Both the position numbers and the translations under genes were made by a program. A stretch of 55,083 nt of DNA from a virus (Duplodnaviria > Heunggongvirae > Uroviricota > Caudoviricetes): the IMG/VR virus record IMGVR_UViG_2923307698_000002, positions 1 to 55,083 of that record, one strand, 5' to 3'. The notes beneath the pieces were generated by a model, which ran no database searches, had not been told where the DNA came from, and saw only the letters and a list, made by a program, of their open reading frames with translations. This document shows positions 26,403 through 36,623 of the stretch, piece by piece; positions within the stretch are counted from its first letter, which is position 1, and each line of letters opens with the position of its first letter.

Positions 26403-27455
26403 ATGAAAAATACTGTAAAAATAAACAGTGTTGATTTAATCAACGCTGATTGCCTGCATTTTATTCAGTCCCTGCCTGATGATTCCATTGACCTGATTGT
26501 TACCGATCCGCCTTACTTCAAGGTGAAACCCAACGGCTGGGACAATCAGTGGAAAGGGGACGAAGATTACCTTAAGTGGCTGGACCACTGTCTGGCCCAG
26601 TTCTGGCGGGTGTTGAAACCTGCCGGAAGCCTTTACCTGTTCTGTGGGCATCGCCTGGCATCTGATATTGAGATCATGATGCGTGAACGTTTCAACGTGC
26701 TTAACCATATCATCTGGGCGAAGCCGTCCGGACGTTGGAATGGGTGTAATAAAGAAAGTCTGCGCGCATATTTTCCTGCCACAGAGCGCGTTCTGTTTGC
26801 TGAACATTACCAGGGGCCATATCGCGGCAAAAGTGACGGCTATGCGGCAAAAGAAAGGGAACTCAAACAGCACATAATGGCACCGCTGATATCGTATTTC
26901 AGGGATGCTCGTGCCGAACTGGGTATAACGGCAAAACAAATTGCCGAAGCCACAGGTAAGAAAAATATGGTTTCCCACTGGTTTGGTGCCAGTCAGTGGC
27001 AGTTGCCGAATGAGGCTGACTATCGGAAGTTACAGGCACTGTTTTCCCGTATAGCGGCAGAGAAGTTTCAGGAACAACAACTGGAACAACCACACCACCA
27101 ACTGGTGGCATCTTATGATTCACTGAATCGTAAATATTCTGAATTGCTGGATGAGTTTAAATCTCTCCGGCGCTATTTCTCCGTATCAGTCTCCGTGCCT
27201 TATACCGATGTCTGGATGCATAAACCCGTTCAGTTCTACCCGGGTAAACATCCGTGTGAGAAACCGGCGGATATGCTCAGGCAAATAATCAATGCCAGTA
27301 GTCGACCTGGTGATCTGGTTGCTGATTTTTTTATGGGATCCGGTTCCACAATAAAAGCAGCAATGGCGTTGGGGCGTCGGGCCTTAGGTGTTGAGCTTGA
27401 GTCAGAGCGGTTTAACCAGACAGTGAAAGAGATAAACGAGCTGGTGGGGAAATAA
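26403..27455 (+). CDS. DNA methyltransferase (beta-class N6A/N4C amino-MTase)
   Basis: DPPY motif near N-terminus (IVTDPPYF) and SAM-binding-like FMGSGST near C-terminus. Confidence 0.75.
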
Positions 27456-27522
27456 TCTGGTGGCCACGTCAGGTGGCCTTTTTATTTCCATTACACAGCA
27501 CCCGCATCTGCGAGGTGGGGTT

Positions 27523-27738
27523 ATGAAATCCATGGATAAGTTAACAACGGGTGTCGCCTATGGCACCTCAGCAGGTAGTGCCGGGTACTGGTTTTTACAG
27601 TTGCTCGATAAAGTCACGCCCTCACAGTGGGCGGCAATTGGAGTGCTGGGTAGTCTGGTATTTGGCTTGCTGACGTATCTGACAAACCTTTATTTCAAGA
27701 TTAAAGAAGATAAGCGTAAGGCTGCGAGAGGTGAATAA
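27523..27738 (+). CDS. class II holin, S21-like pinholin with dual start
   Basis: MKSMDKL... with Met1/Met4 dual-start motif, two TM segments, charged C-tail; GAGGTGGGG RBS. Confidence 0.8.
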
Positions 27739-28235
27739 TGTCGCCATCATTACGCAAGGCTGTTGCTGCTGCTATTGGTGGTGGGGCAATTGCTATAGCA
27801 TCTGTGTTAATCACTGGCCCAAGTGGTGACGATGGTCTGGAAGGTGTTAGCCACATACCATACAAAGATATTGTTGGTGTATGGACTGTATGTTACGGAC
27901 ACACCGGAAAAGACATCATGCTAGGTAAAACGTATACCGAAGCAGAATGCAAAGCCCTCCTGAATAAAGACCTTGCCACGGTCGCCAGACAAATTAACCC
28001 GTACATCAAAGTCGATATACCGGAAACAACGCGCGGCGCTCTTTACTCGTTCGTTTACAACGTGGGTGCTGGCAATTTCAGAACATCGACGCTTCTTCGC
28101 AAAATAAACCAGGGCGATATCAAAGGCGCATGTGATCAGCTACGTCGCTGGACATATGCTGGCGGTAAGCAATGGAAAGGACTGATGACTCGTCGGGAGA
28201 TTGAGCGTGAAGTCTGTTTGTGGGGGCAGAAATGA
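27738..28235 (+). CDS. SAR endolysin (lysozyme)
   Basis: N-terminal Gly/Ala-rich signal-anchor-release segment ([18 protein letters not shown]) then lysozyme-like domain. Confidence 0.85.
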   Translation: MSPSLRKAVAAAIGGGAIAIASVLITGPSGDDGLEGVSHIPYKDIVGVWTVCYGHTGKDIMLGKTYTEAECKALLNKDLATVARQINPYIKVDIPETTRGALYSFVYNVGAGNFRTSTLLRKINQGDIKGACDQLRRWTYAGGKQWKGLMTRREIEREVCLWGQK

Positions 28236-28693
28236 GCAGATTAACCGCGATTATCTCCGCTCTGGTTATCTGCATCATCGTCTGCCTGTCATGGGCTGCT
28301 AATCATTACCGTGATAACGCCATGACTTACAAAGAGCAGCGCGACAAAAACACCAGAGAACTGAAACTGGCGAACGCCACCATCAAAGACATGCAGATCC
28401 GCCAGCGTGATGTAGCGGCTCTGGATGCCAAATACACGAAGGACTTAGCTGATGCTAAAAAGCAGCTTGATGATTTGCAGCGTTGTGTTCGCACTGGCAA
28501 GTGTGGGCTGCACTTCAACGCCAGATGTCCCGCGAATGGAGCGACCAGCACCGGCAGCTTGGGCGATGTTACCAGCCCCCGACTTAATGACTCCGCTGAA
28601 CGGGATTATTTCACCCTTAGAGAGCGAATCGTCACAGTGACTAAACAGATTAGTTATCTGCAGAACTATATCGTCACCCAGTGCATTATGTAG
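28232..28693 (+). CDS. i-spanin Rz
   Basis: ATGA overlap with endolysin; N-terminal TM then coiled coil. Confidence 0.75.
   Translation: MSRLTAIISALVICIIVCLSWAANHYRDNAMTYKEQRDKNTRELKLANATIKDMQIRQRDVAALDAKYTKDLADAKKQLDDLQRCVRTGKCGLHFNARCPANGATSTGSLGDVTSPRLNDSAERDYFTLRERIVTVTKQISYLQNYIVTQCIM
28452..28640 (+). CDS. o-spanin Rz1 (lipoprotein) embedded in Rz
   Basis: +1-frame ORF inside Rz; signal peptide with lipobox-like ...ASVGC; Pro-rich mature region. Confidence 0.65.
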   Translation: MLKSSLMICSVVFALASVGCTSTPDVPRMERPAPAAWAMLPAPDLMTPLNGIISPLESESSQ

Positions 28694-28732
28694 TATGTAG
28701 TATGTTGAGCTTTCTCACTAAAGGATGAAGAA

Positions 28733-28972
28733 ATGAATATATTAGATGATTTTGAAAAACATGCTGAAATCTATGGGTATCTCAAGGTATTGAAAATGGG
28801 AGCGATGCACTTAGGTGCAGACTTCAAAATTTCAGAGGCATTCTCACATGATAATGTGCTACCTCAATTGCAAGCATTCTATAAAAAAAAATATATAGAG
28901 AAAGAAGCACTTGAAGCGATAAACTGGTGGTCGTCACTGTCGCCGGAGTTACGAAACAAATTCGACAATTAG
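28733..28972 (+). CDS. hypothetical protein (79 aa), moron after lysis cassette
   Basis: AT-rich ORF with AAGGA RBS, followed by a strong terminator. Confidence 0.45.
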   Translation: MNILDDFEKHAEIYGYLKVLKMGAMHLGADFKISEAFSHDNVLPQLQAFYKKKYIEKEALEAINWWSSLSPELRNKFDN

Positions 28973-29010
28973 TATTTGAGTTTTTGATCTAACATACGTC
29001 ACACTTGAAA

Positions 29011-29034
29011 TGCCGCCTCCGGGCGGTTTTTTTA
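29011..29034 (+). terminator. rho-independent terminator
   Basis: Stem GCCGCC/GGCGG(t) with loop tccg followed by T8. Confidence 0.65.
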
Positions 29035-29454
29035 TTGCTATTACAAAGCCCACTCCCTACAGAGTGGCTTTGATAATGGCTTATACCCTACACGGGATAA
29101 CTTAACTGATATCCCTTTTAACGGATAAAGGTATTCAAGCCTGACACATCATGCGCTGTATCGTCGCCGTATTCCCGTATTAACAGAGACCGTAGCCCGA
29201 CGGGGAACTCCTTCTGCGAGAGTGTGCGGGAATAATCAAAAACGATGCACACCGGGTTTTTACCGCGTTTATGGTTCGCGGGTTTGTCCCTCATGCTCGC
29301 CAGTCCTGTGCGGGGGTGGAAGAAACAGGACACTTACACAGATTCTTGTGGGCACGATGCTATGCCTTTATGGATTATCCCGATGCCATTCATGCAAGGC
29401 GTTGTATCAGACGTTCGTCAGAGCTGTCAGGCTGACGGGTCCTCCCGGTGGGGT

Positions 29455-29490
29455 AGCCTGCCACGGGGCGGGAGCGTCGCGGAAAAAGGC
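29455..29490. promoter_or_regulatory. putative cos site (cosN-like)
   Basis: ACGGGGCGGGAGCGTCGCGG resembles the lambda cosN region and lies about 190 bp upstream of the Nu1-like gene, as in lambda. Confidence 0.4.
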
Positions 29491-29651
29491 TAGTTTTTGC
29501 ATTTTTATCGGCCACCATCATCTTTGCATCTTATTGATTGTTAATGGTTATTTATTTTTTATATGTCGAATTGAGCGGTTTTTGTTCGACATCGAACGCG
29601 TTTTCTTAAAGTTGTTCGCACGATGCATGTTTAAAGCTCTCCGGAGGAAAT

Positions 29652-30143
29652 ATGGATCATGAGTTGAAAAACTTGGTGCTGAATATTAATCAACTGGCGG
29701 CTTTATCTGGCCTGCACCGCCAGACTGTCGTGGCAAGACTGAAAAACATTCGTCCCGCTGGTGGACATGACAAACTCAAGCTATACCGGTTGACCGATAT
29801 TCTGACTGAATTTATGGGGTTACCACCGCCGGTTGCTGAGGGCGAAATGGATCCACATGAACGCAAAGCCTGGTATCAGTCTGAACGTGAGCGTCTTAAG
29901 TTCGAACAGGAAACGGCACAACTCATTCCGGCCAGTGATGTCAGACGGGAGTTTGCCATCTGGGCAAAAGCGGTCGTGCAGGTGCTGGAGACATTACCGG
30001 ATATTCTGGAACGTGACTGCGGCCTGCAGCCTGCCGCTGTGAGCCGTGTTCAGTCCATTATTGATGATCTGCGCGATCAGATAGCCCTGCGGGTGACCGA
30101 AGCAGGTGCGGATGATGAGGAGGAATTACAGCAGGAGGAGTAA
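29652..30143 (+). CDS. terminase small subunit (Nu1-like)
   Basis: N-terminal HTH-like region, acidic C-terminus; GGAGG RBS; immediately upstream of terL. Confidence 0.8.
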   Translation: MDHELKNLVLNINQLAALSGLHRQTVVARLKNIRPAGGHDKLKLYRLTDILTEFMGLPPPVAEGEMDPHERKAWYQSERERLKFEQETAQLIPASDVRREFAIWAKAVVQVLETLPDILERDCGLQPAAVSRVQSIIDDLRDQIALRVTEAGADDEEELQQEE

Positions 30144-32245
30144 TGCTGAATCAGGAAACCGCAAAGGCAGCACGAACCGATTCAGGTTATATCCTTCGCG
30201 CACCGAGACGAATGCGGGTTGCTGATGCCGTTGCTCAGTATATGCGGGTGCCCATGGGGGCCGGGAATTCAGTCCCGTGGGATCCGCTGGTGGCACCGTA
30301 TGTTATTGAGCCGATGAACTGCCTGGCTTCGCGTGAATACGACGCAGTGATATTTGTTGGCCCGGCACGAACTGGCAAGACTATCGGCCTGATTGACGGC
30401 TGGGTGATTTACAATGTGATTTGCGATCCTGCTGATATGCTGATCATTCAGATGACGGAGGAAAAAGCCCGCGAACACTCCAAAAAACGACTTGCCAGAA
30501 CGTTTCGCGTCAGCCCGGAAGTGGTCAGTCGCCTGAGTCCGAACAAAAATGACAACAACGTTTATGACAGAACATTCCTTGCTGGCAACTACCTGAAAAT
30601 CGGCTGGCCGTCAGTCAATATCATGTCCTCATCAGATTATAAATGCGTGGCGCTGACGGATTATGACCGTTTTCCGGAAGATATTGATGGCGAGGGGGAT
30701 GCCTTCTCTCTTGCCTCAAAACGTACCACCACATTTATGTCCAGTGGTATGACGCTGGTGGAGAGTTCCCCCGGCAGGGATGTGAAGGATGTGAAATGGC
30801 GACGGACTTCACCGCATGAGGCTCCACCAACCACGGGGATACTGTCGCTCTATAACCGTGGCGATCGCCGTCGCTGGTACTGGCCCTGTCCACACTGTGG
30901 TGAGTATTTTCAGCCCTGCGGCGATGTGGTTGCTGGTTTCCGTGATATTGCCGATCCCGTGCTGGCAAGTGAGGCGGCTTATATTCAGTGTCCTTCCTGT
31001 TCAGGACGGATTATGCCTGAACAAAAACGTGAGCTGAACGGACGTGGGGTCTGGTTGCGGGATGGTGAATCCATCAATGCGGATGGCAGTCGTTATGGTG
31101 ATCCCCGACGCTCACGTATTGCGTCATTCTGGATGGAGGGTCCGGCAGCTGCTTACCAGACACTCTCGCAACTCGTTTACAAACTGCTTACTGCAGAACA
31201 GGAATACGAGACAACCGGAAGTGAAGAAACACTCAAGACGGTTATCAATACCGACTGGGGATTACCTTATCTTCCCCGCGCCAGCATGGAGCAACGAAAA
31301 AGTGAACTGCTTGAGCAGCGGGCAGAGCCAGTTCCTTCCCGCAGTGTGCCGGATGGCATTAATTTCCTTGTGGCGACAGTGGATGTGCAGGCGGGACGTC
31401 ATCGCCGTTTTGTGGTTCAGGTAACGGGCTATGGCAGCCGTGGCGAACGCTGGATTATTGATCGTTACAACATTACGCAGTCATTGCGCGGTGACAGCGA
31501 CGGGGAGAGCCAGCGAATTGATCCGGCCAGCTATCCGGAAGACTGGGATGTCCTGCTGACGGATGTTTTTCATAAAAGCTGGCCGCTGGCCTCCGATCCT
31601 TCTCAACAAATGCGACTGATGGCAATGGCGGTGGACTCCGGCGGTGAAGACGGGGTCACTGATAATGCCTATAAATTCTGGCGTCGTTGCCGTCGTGATG
31701 GCCTTGGTAAACGTATTTACCTGTTTAAGGGCGACAGCATCCGGCGCGCAAAACTGATCACCCGTACATTCCCTGATAACACCGGACGAACGGGCCGACG
31801 GGCGCAGGCCGCAGGTGATGTGCCGCTCTGGCTTCTTCAGACGGATGCCCTGAAAGACCGGGTGAATAACGCGTTATGGCGTGACTCGCCAGGTCCCGGC
31901 TATGTGCATTTCCCTGACTGGCTGGGGAGCTGGTTTTACGACGAACTGACGTATGAAGAGCGGAGTAGTGACGGGAAATGGAGTAAGCCGGGTCGCGGTG
32001 CCAACGAAGCTTTTGACCTGATGGTGTATGCCGAGGCTCTGGTCATTCTGCATGGATACGAAAAGATCCGCTGGCCGGATGCACCGGAGTGGGCGAGCCG
32101 GGAAACCTGGCTGGAGTGTGTCCCGGACAGTACCGAACCGTCACCCTCACCGGAACCGGTATCCACGCCTGTTAAAAAACAAAAACGGAAGAAAACAGTA
32201 ACTGACGATGTTAACCCCTGGCTGACTTCCGGAGGATGGTTATGA
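30143..32245 (+). CDS. terminase large subunit (lambda A-like)
   Basis: 700 aa; Walker A GPARTGKT; size and position as lambda gpA. Confidence 0.9.
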   Translation: MLNQETAKAARTDSGYILRAPRRMRVADAVAQYMRVPMGAGNSVPWDPLVAPYVIEPMNCLASREYDAVIFVGPARTGKTIGLIDGWVIYNVICDPADMLIIQMTEEKAREHSKKRLARTFRVSPEVVSRLSPNKNDNNVYDRTFLAGNYLKIGWPSVNIMSSSDYKCVALTDYDRFPEDIDGEGDAFSLASKRTTTFMSSGMTLVESSPGRDVKDVKWRRTSPHEAPPTTGILSLYNRGDRRRWYWPCPHCGEYFQPCGDVVAGFRDIADPVLASEAAYIQCPSCSGRIMPEQKRELNGRGVWLRDGESINADGSRYGDPRRSRIASFWMEGPAAAYQTLSQLVYKLLTAEQEYETTGSEETLKTVINTDWGLPYLPRASMEQRKSELLEQRAEPVPSRSVPDGINFLVATVDVQAGRHRRFVVQVTGYGSRGERWIIDRYNITQSLRGDSDGESQRIDPASYPEDWDVLLTDVFHKSWPLASDPSQQMRLMAMAVDSGGEDGVTDNAYKFWRRCRRDGLGKRIYLFKGDSIRRAKLITRTFPDNTGRTGRRAQAAGDVPLWLLQTDALKDRVNNALWRDSPGPGYVHFPDWLGSWFYDELTYEERSSDGKWSKPGRGANEAFDLMVYAEALVILHGYEKIRWPDAPEWASRETWLECVPDSTEPSPSPEPVSTPVKKQKRKKTVTDDVNPWLTSGGWL

Positions 32246-32454
32246 ACCAGAATGATATCGAAGCCATGATTCAGCGTTATACGGAAGCTGAAATGGCGGT
32301 GCTGGACGGAAAATCCGTCACCTTTAATGGTCAGCAGATGACCATGGAAAACTTATCTGAGATCCGGCAGGGACGGCAGGAGTGGGAGCGCCGCCTTGCG
32401 GCTCTGATTACACGACGACGGGGGCATCCCGGGTACCGGCTGGCGAGGTTCTGA
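32242..32454 (+). CDS. head-tail joining protein W-like
   Basis: Start at ATG 32242 after GGAGG; about 70 aa between terL and portal as in lambda. Confidence 0.65.
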   Translation: MNQNDIEAMIQRYTEAEMAVLDGKSVTFNGQQMTMENLSEIRQGRQEWERRLAALITRRRGHPGYRLARF

Positions 32455-33929
32455 TGGCAATTCTTGATGATGTGATTGGCGTTTTTTCACCAGGATGGAA
32501 AGCGGCAAGGCTGCGTTCCCGTGCGGTGATCCAGGCTTATGAGGCCGTAAAAACGACACGGACACACAAAGCCCGGCGGGAAAACCGAACTGCCGACCAG
32601 TTAAGCCAGTACGGGGCCGTGTCGTTACGTGAGCAGGCCCGTTACCTTGATAACAACCACGATCTGGTCATTGGTGTATTTGACAAGCTGGAAGAACGGG
32701 TGGTGGGGAAAAACGGGATTATTGTCGAGCCACATCCGGTATTACGCAATGGGGCCATTGCCCGTGACCTGGCTGCGGAGATTCGCACCCGATGGAGTGA
32801 ATGGTCTGTCAGCCCGGAAGTCACCGGGCAGTTTACCCGTCCGATGCTGGAACGTCTGATGCTGCGTACCTGGCTGCGCGATGGTGAGGTGTTTGCCCAG
32901 ATGGTTTCCGGGCGCATAAACAGCCTGACGCCTTCTGCCGGTGTTCATTTCTGGCTGGAGGCACTCGAGCCGGACTTTATTCCCATGACCAGTGATGAGA
33001 GCAACAGGCTGAATCAGGGCGTGTTTGTTGATGACTGGGGGCGTCCCGAAAAATATCTGGTGTATAAAAGTCGTCCCGTATCCGGACGGCAGATGGAAAC
33101 CAAAGAAGTGGATGCAGAGCGAATGCTGCATCTTAAATTTGTTCGCCGTCTGCACCAGATGCGCGGGACGTCTTTGTTGTCCGGTGTGCTGATCCGCCTC
33201 AGTGCCCTGAAAGAGTATGAAGATTCTGAGCTGACTGCAGCAAGGATCGCCGCTGCTCTGGGGATGTACATCCGGAAAGGCGACGGGCAGAGCTATGAAC
33301 CGGATGGTAATGGCAGCAAGGATAAGGAACGCGAGCTTACCATTCAGCCAGGCATTATTTACGACGATCTGAAACCCGGCGAAGAAATCGGAATGGTGAA
33401 GTCGGATCGTCCCAATCCTAACCTTGAAACTTTTCGTAATGGTCAGTTGCGTGCCGTGGCGGCGGGCAGTCGTCTGAGTTTTTCCAGTACGGCACGCAAC
33501 TATAACGGCACTTACAGCGCCCAGCGTCAGGAGCTGGTTGAATCCACTGATGGCTACCTGATCCTGCAGGACTGGTTTATTGGTGCCGTCACCCGCCCGA
33601 TGTATCGTGCCTGGCTGAAACAGGCTGTGGCATCCGGTGTTATCAGGCTACCCCGCGATCTTGACCGTTCTTCACTGTATACCGCGGTGTATTCCGGACC
33701 GGTGATGCCGTGGATTGACCCTGTTAAGGAGGCTGAGGCCTGGAAAATTCAGATTCGTGGTGGAGCGGCGACAGAATCAGACTGGGTACGTGCAGGTGGT
33801 CGTAATCCGGATGATGTCAAACGTCGGCGCAAGGCCGAAATTGATGAAAACCGCAAGCTGGATCTGGTATTTGATACCGATCCGGCCAGTGATAAAGGAG
33901 GCAGCAGTGCCGCAACGAAACGACAGTAG
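32454..33929 (+). CDS. portal protein (lambda B-like)
   Basis: Start at ATG 32454 (MAILDDVIG...); about 490 aa; gene order. Confidence 0.9.
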   Translation: MAILDDVIGVFSPGWKAARLRSRAVIQAYEAVKTTRTHKARRENRTADQLSQYGAVSLREQARYLDNNHDLVIGVFDKLEERVVGKNGIIVEPHPVLRNGAIARDLAAEIRTRWSEWSVSPEVTGQFTRPMLERLMLRTWLRDGEVFAQMVSGRINSLTPSAGVHFWLEALEPDFIPMTSDESNRLNQGVFVDDWGRPEKYLVYKSRPVSGRQMETKEVDAERMLHLKFVRRLHQMRGTSLLSGVLIRLSALKEYEDSELTAARIAAALGMYIRKGDGQSYEPDGNGSKDKERELTIQPGIIYDDLKPGEEIGMVKSDRPNPNLETFRNGQLRAVAAGSRLSFSSTARNYNGTYSAQRQELVESTDGYLILQDWFIGAVTRPMYRAWLKQAVASGVIRLPRDLDRSSLYTAVYSGPVMPWIDPVKEAEAWKIQIRGGAATESDWVRAGGRNPDDVKRRRKAEIDENRKLDLVFDTDPASDKGGSSAATKRQ

Positions 33930-35934
33930 CCGCAGCACACCGACGACCAGTCCGAAGAATAATTCCTGGTTCAGGATGCAGGCTGGTCACCAGAGTGACG
34001 CGGATATTTATATTTATGACGAGATTGGTTTCTGGGGTGTTACAGCGAAGCAGTTTATCAGTGATCTGAATGCACTGGGCGATATCACCCACATTAATCT
34101 CCATATCAATTCACCGGGTGGCGATGTCTTTGAAGGCATCGCCATTTTTAATGCACTGAAAACACATGGTGCGTCCATTACCGTTTATGTCGACGGTGTG
34201 GCGGCGTCAATGGCGTCGGTCATTGCGATGGTGGGAAACCCGGTCATTATGCCGGAAAACACCTTCATGATGATTCATAAACCATTTGGCTTTACGGGCG
34301 GTGATGCGGAGGACATGCGCACCTATGCCGACCTGCTCGATAAGGTTGAGGCGGTTCTGTTACCCGCTTATGCACAGAAAACCGGGAAAACCACCGATGA
34401 AATTGCTGCCATGCTGGCGGATGAGACCTGGATGTCCGGTGCCGAATGTCTGGCACAGGGATTTGCTGATCAGGTGACGCCAGCCGTTAAGGCAATGGCA
34501 TGTATTCAGTCAAAACGTACAGAGGAATTTAAAAAGATGCCGGAATCCATTCGAAACATGATTACTCCGCCACGCAACAGTGCTCCACGCGTACAGGATG
34601 ATGAACCTGCAGCCTCCCGGACGCCAGTGCAGGCAGCAGCACCCGTGGTGGATGAAAACAGTATCCGTGCGCAGGTACTGGCAGAGCAAAAAGCGCGTGT
34701 AAACGGTATTAATGATCTGTTTGCCATGTTTGGCGGGCGTTATCAGACGCTGCAGGCTCAGTGTCTTGCCGATCCTGAATGTTCGCTGGAGCAGGCCCGC
34801 GAAAAGCTGTTGAACGAGATGGGGCGCGAGTCCACGCCATCCAATAAAAATACACCGGCTCATATTTATGCCGGTAACGGTAATTTTGTGGGGGACGGGA
34901 TCCGCCAGGCGCTGATGGCGCGTGCCGGATTTGAAAAAACCGAACGTGATAATGTCTACAACGGGATGACCCTGCGTGAATATGCCCGTATGTCACTGAC
35001 TGAACGGGGTATTGGGGTTTCCAGTTATAACCCGATGCAGATGGTCGGTGCGGCGTTCACACACAGTACGTCTGACTTCGGTAATATTCTGCTGGATGTT
35101 GCGAACAAAGCCATTCTGCAGGGCTGGGAAGATGCCCCTGAAACCTATGAACAGTGGACGCGGAAAGGTCAGTTGTCTGATTTTAAAATTGCCCATCGTG
35201 TGGGTATGGGGGGCTTCAGTGCTCTGCGTCAGGTGCGTGAAGGGGCGGAATATAAATACGTCACCACCGGAGATAAACAGGCCACTATTGCACTGGCGAC
35301 CTATGGCGAGCTGTTCAGTATCACCCGTCAGGCCATTATCAATGATGATCTGAATATGCTGACCGATGTCCCGATGAAACTGGGCCGTGCGGCGAAATCC
35401 ACTATTGCCGATCTGGTTTATGCCATTCTGACGTCTAACCCGAAAATCTCCACAGATAATGTAAGTCTGTTCGATAAAGCGAAACATGCAAACGTACTGG
35501 AGAGCGCGGCAATGGACGTGGCATCGCTGGATAAAGCCCGCCAGTTGATGCGCGTTCAGAAAGAGGGGGAGCGTCATCTGAATATTCGTCCTGCGTTCGT
35601 ACTGGTACCGACGGCGATGGAGTCTGTTGCTAACCAGGTCATTCGCTCCTCAAGTGTCAAGGGGGCCGACATTAACGCCGGTATTATTAACCCGGTGAAA
35701 GATTTTGCGACCGTTATTGCAGAGCCTCGTCTTGATGATAACAGCCAGACCACCTTCTACCTGGCTGCGTCAAAAGGCTCCGATACGATTGAAGTGGCTT
35801 ATCTCAACGGTGTGGATACGCCATATATTGATCAGATGGAGGGCTTCAGTGTGGATGGCGTGACAACGAAAGTGCGTATTGACGCCGGTGTCGCGCCAGT
35901 TGATCACCGCGGTCTGGTGAAATGTACGGCGTAA
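33907..35934 (+). CDS. head maturation protease (ClpP/S49-like) fused to major capsid protein
   Basis: GTG 33907 after AAGGAGG; N-terminal ClpP-like region (INSPGGDVFEG...MASVIAM), middle Ala/Pro-rich linker, C-terminal capsid-like domain. Confidence 0.75.
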   Translation: MPQRNDSSRSTPTTSPKNNSWFRMQAGHQSDADIYIYDEIGFWGVTAKQFISDLNALGDITHINLHINSPGGDVFEGIAIFNALKTHGASITVYVDGVAASMASVIAMVGNPVIMPENTFMMIHKPFGFTGGDAEDMRTYADLLDKVEAVLLPAYAQKTGKTTDEIAAMLADETWMSGAECLAQGFADQVTPAVKAMACIQSKRTEEFKKMPESIRNMITPPRNSAPRVQDDEPAASRTPVQAAAPVVDENSIRAQVLAEQKARVNGINDLFAMFGGRYQTLQAQCLADPECSLEQAREKLLNEMGRESTPSNKNTPAHIYAGNGNFVGDGIRQALMARAGFEKTERDNVYNGMTLREYARMSLTERGIGVSSYNPMQMVGAAFTHSTSDFGNILLDVANKAILQGWEDAPETYEQWTRKGQLSDFKIAHRVGMGGFSALRQVREGAEYKYVTTGDKQATIALATYGELFSITRQAIINDDLNMLTDVPMKLGRAAKSTIADLVYAILTSNPKISTDNVSLFDKAKHANVLESAAMDVASLDKARQLMRVQKEGERHLNIRPAFVLVPTAMESVANQVIRSSSVKGADINAGIINPVKDFATVIAEPRLDDNSQTTFYLAASKGSDTIEVAYLNGVDTPYIDQMEGFSVDGVTTKVRIDAGVAPVDHRGLVKCTA

Positions 35935-35957
35935 ACGTCGCAGACAACAACTCTGAT

Positions 35958-35978
35958 GGCCCGTAAGGGCTTTTTTTG
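35958..35978 (+). terminator. rho-independent terminator after capsid gene
   Basis: Hairpin GGCCC-gtaa-GGGC followed by T7. Confidence 0.5.
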
Positions 35979-36020
35979 TACCTGAAATCAGCCCCTGAAC
36001 GGGGCTGTGCGGAGACAGTT

Positions 36021-36344
36021 ATGGCAAAGAATTTTGTAGAAGAAGGAAAAACGGTGGCGATTGTTGCCAGTGCAGCCATCAGCAGCGGAGATCTGGTGCA
36101 GGTGGGTGATGTTTTTGCGGTGGCGCTGACCGATATTCCACAGGGTGAAACAGGCGACGGCATGACCGAAGGTGTTTTTATGCTGCCTAAGCTGAAAACG
36201 GATGATATGAAAACGGGTAAGAAGGTTTATCTGAAGTCCGGAAAAGTTCAGCTGACTAACAGCGGCTCTGATCCGCTGGTCGGGGTTGTCTGGGCAGATG
36301 CCGGAACCAGTGCAGAAGAAGTGCCGGTAAAACTCAATGTCTGA
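36021..36344 (+). CDS. DUF2190-like head protein (decoration/cement candidate)
   Basis: Start at ATG 36021 after GGAG; about 107 aa following capsid. Confidence 0.5.
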   Translation: MAKNFVEEGKTVAIVASAAISSGDLVQVGDVFAVALTDIPQGETGDGMTEGVFMLPKLKTDDMKTGKKVYLKSGKVQLTNSGSDPLVGVVWADAGTSAEEVPVKLNV

Positions 36345-36612
36345 TCCCTTTTCCCGGCTGGCAGCGCGTATGGATGCGATCACGGTCAGAAAGATGGGAA
36401 AGACAGCCTCGATTAATGATGTCGATATGACTGTGATCCCGGGAGAAACACTGGCAGAGCTGAATGCTCTGTCCGGACCTGCGGTCTCTCTGGTGGTGTT
36501 TTCTTCGGGATACCGCCCACGGCGCGGGGATCGCGTTGTTTATGACGGACAACAATGGACGGTCACACGGCATGAACGTTTTAACGGTAAGCCAATGATC
36601 TTTATTGAGTAA
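36337..36612 (+). CDS. head-tail connector/joining protein (putative)
   Basis: 91 aa; position between head and tail modules. Confidence 0.45.
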   Translation: MSDPFSRLAARMDAITVRKMGKTASINDVDMTVIPGETLAELNALSGPAVSLVVFSSGYRPRRGDRVVYDGQQWTVTRHERFNGKPMIFIE

Positions 36613-36623
36613 AGAGGTGTGGG

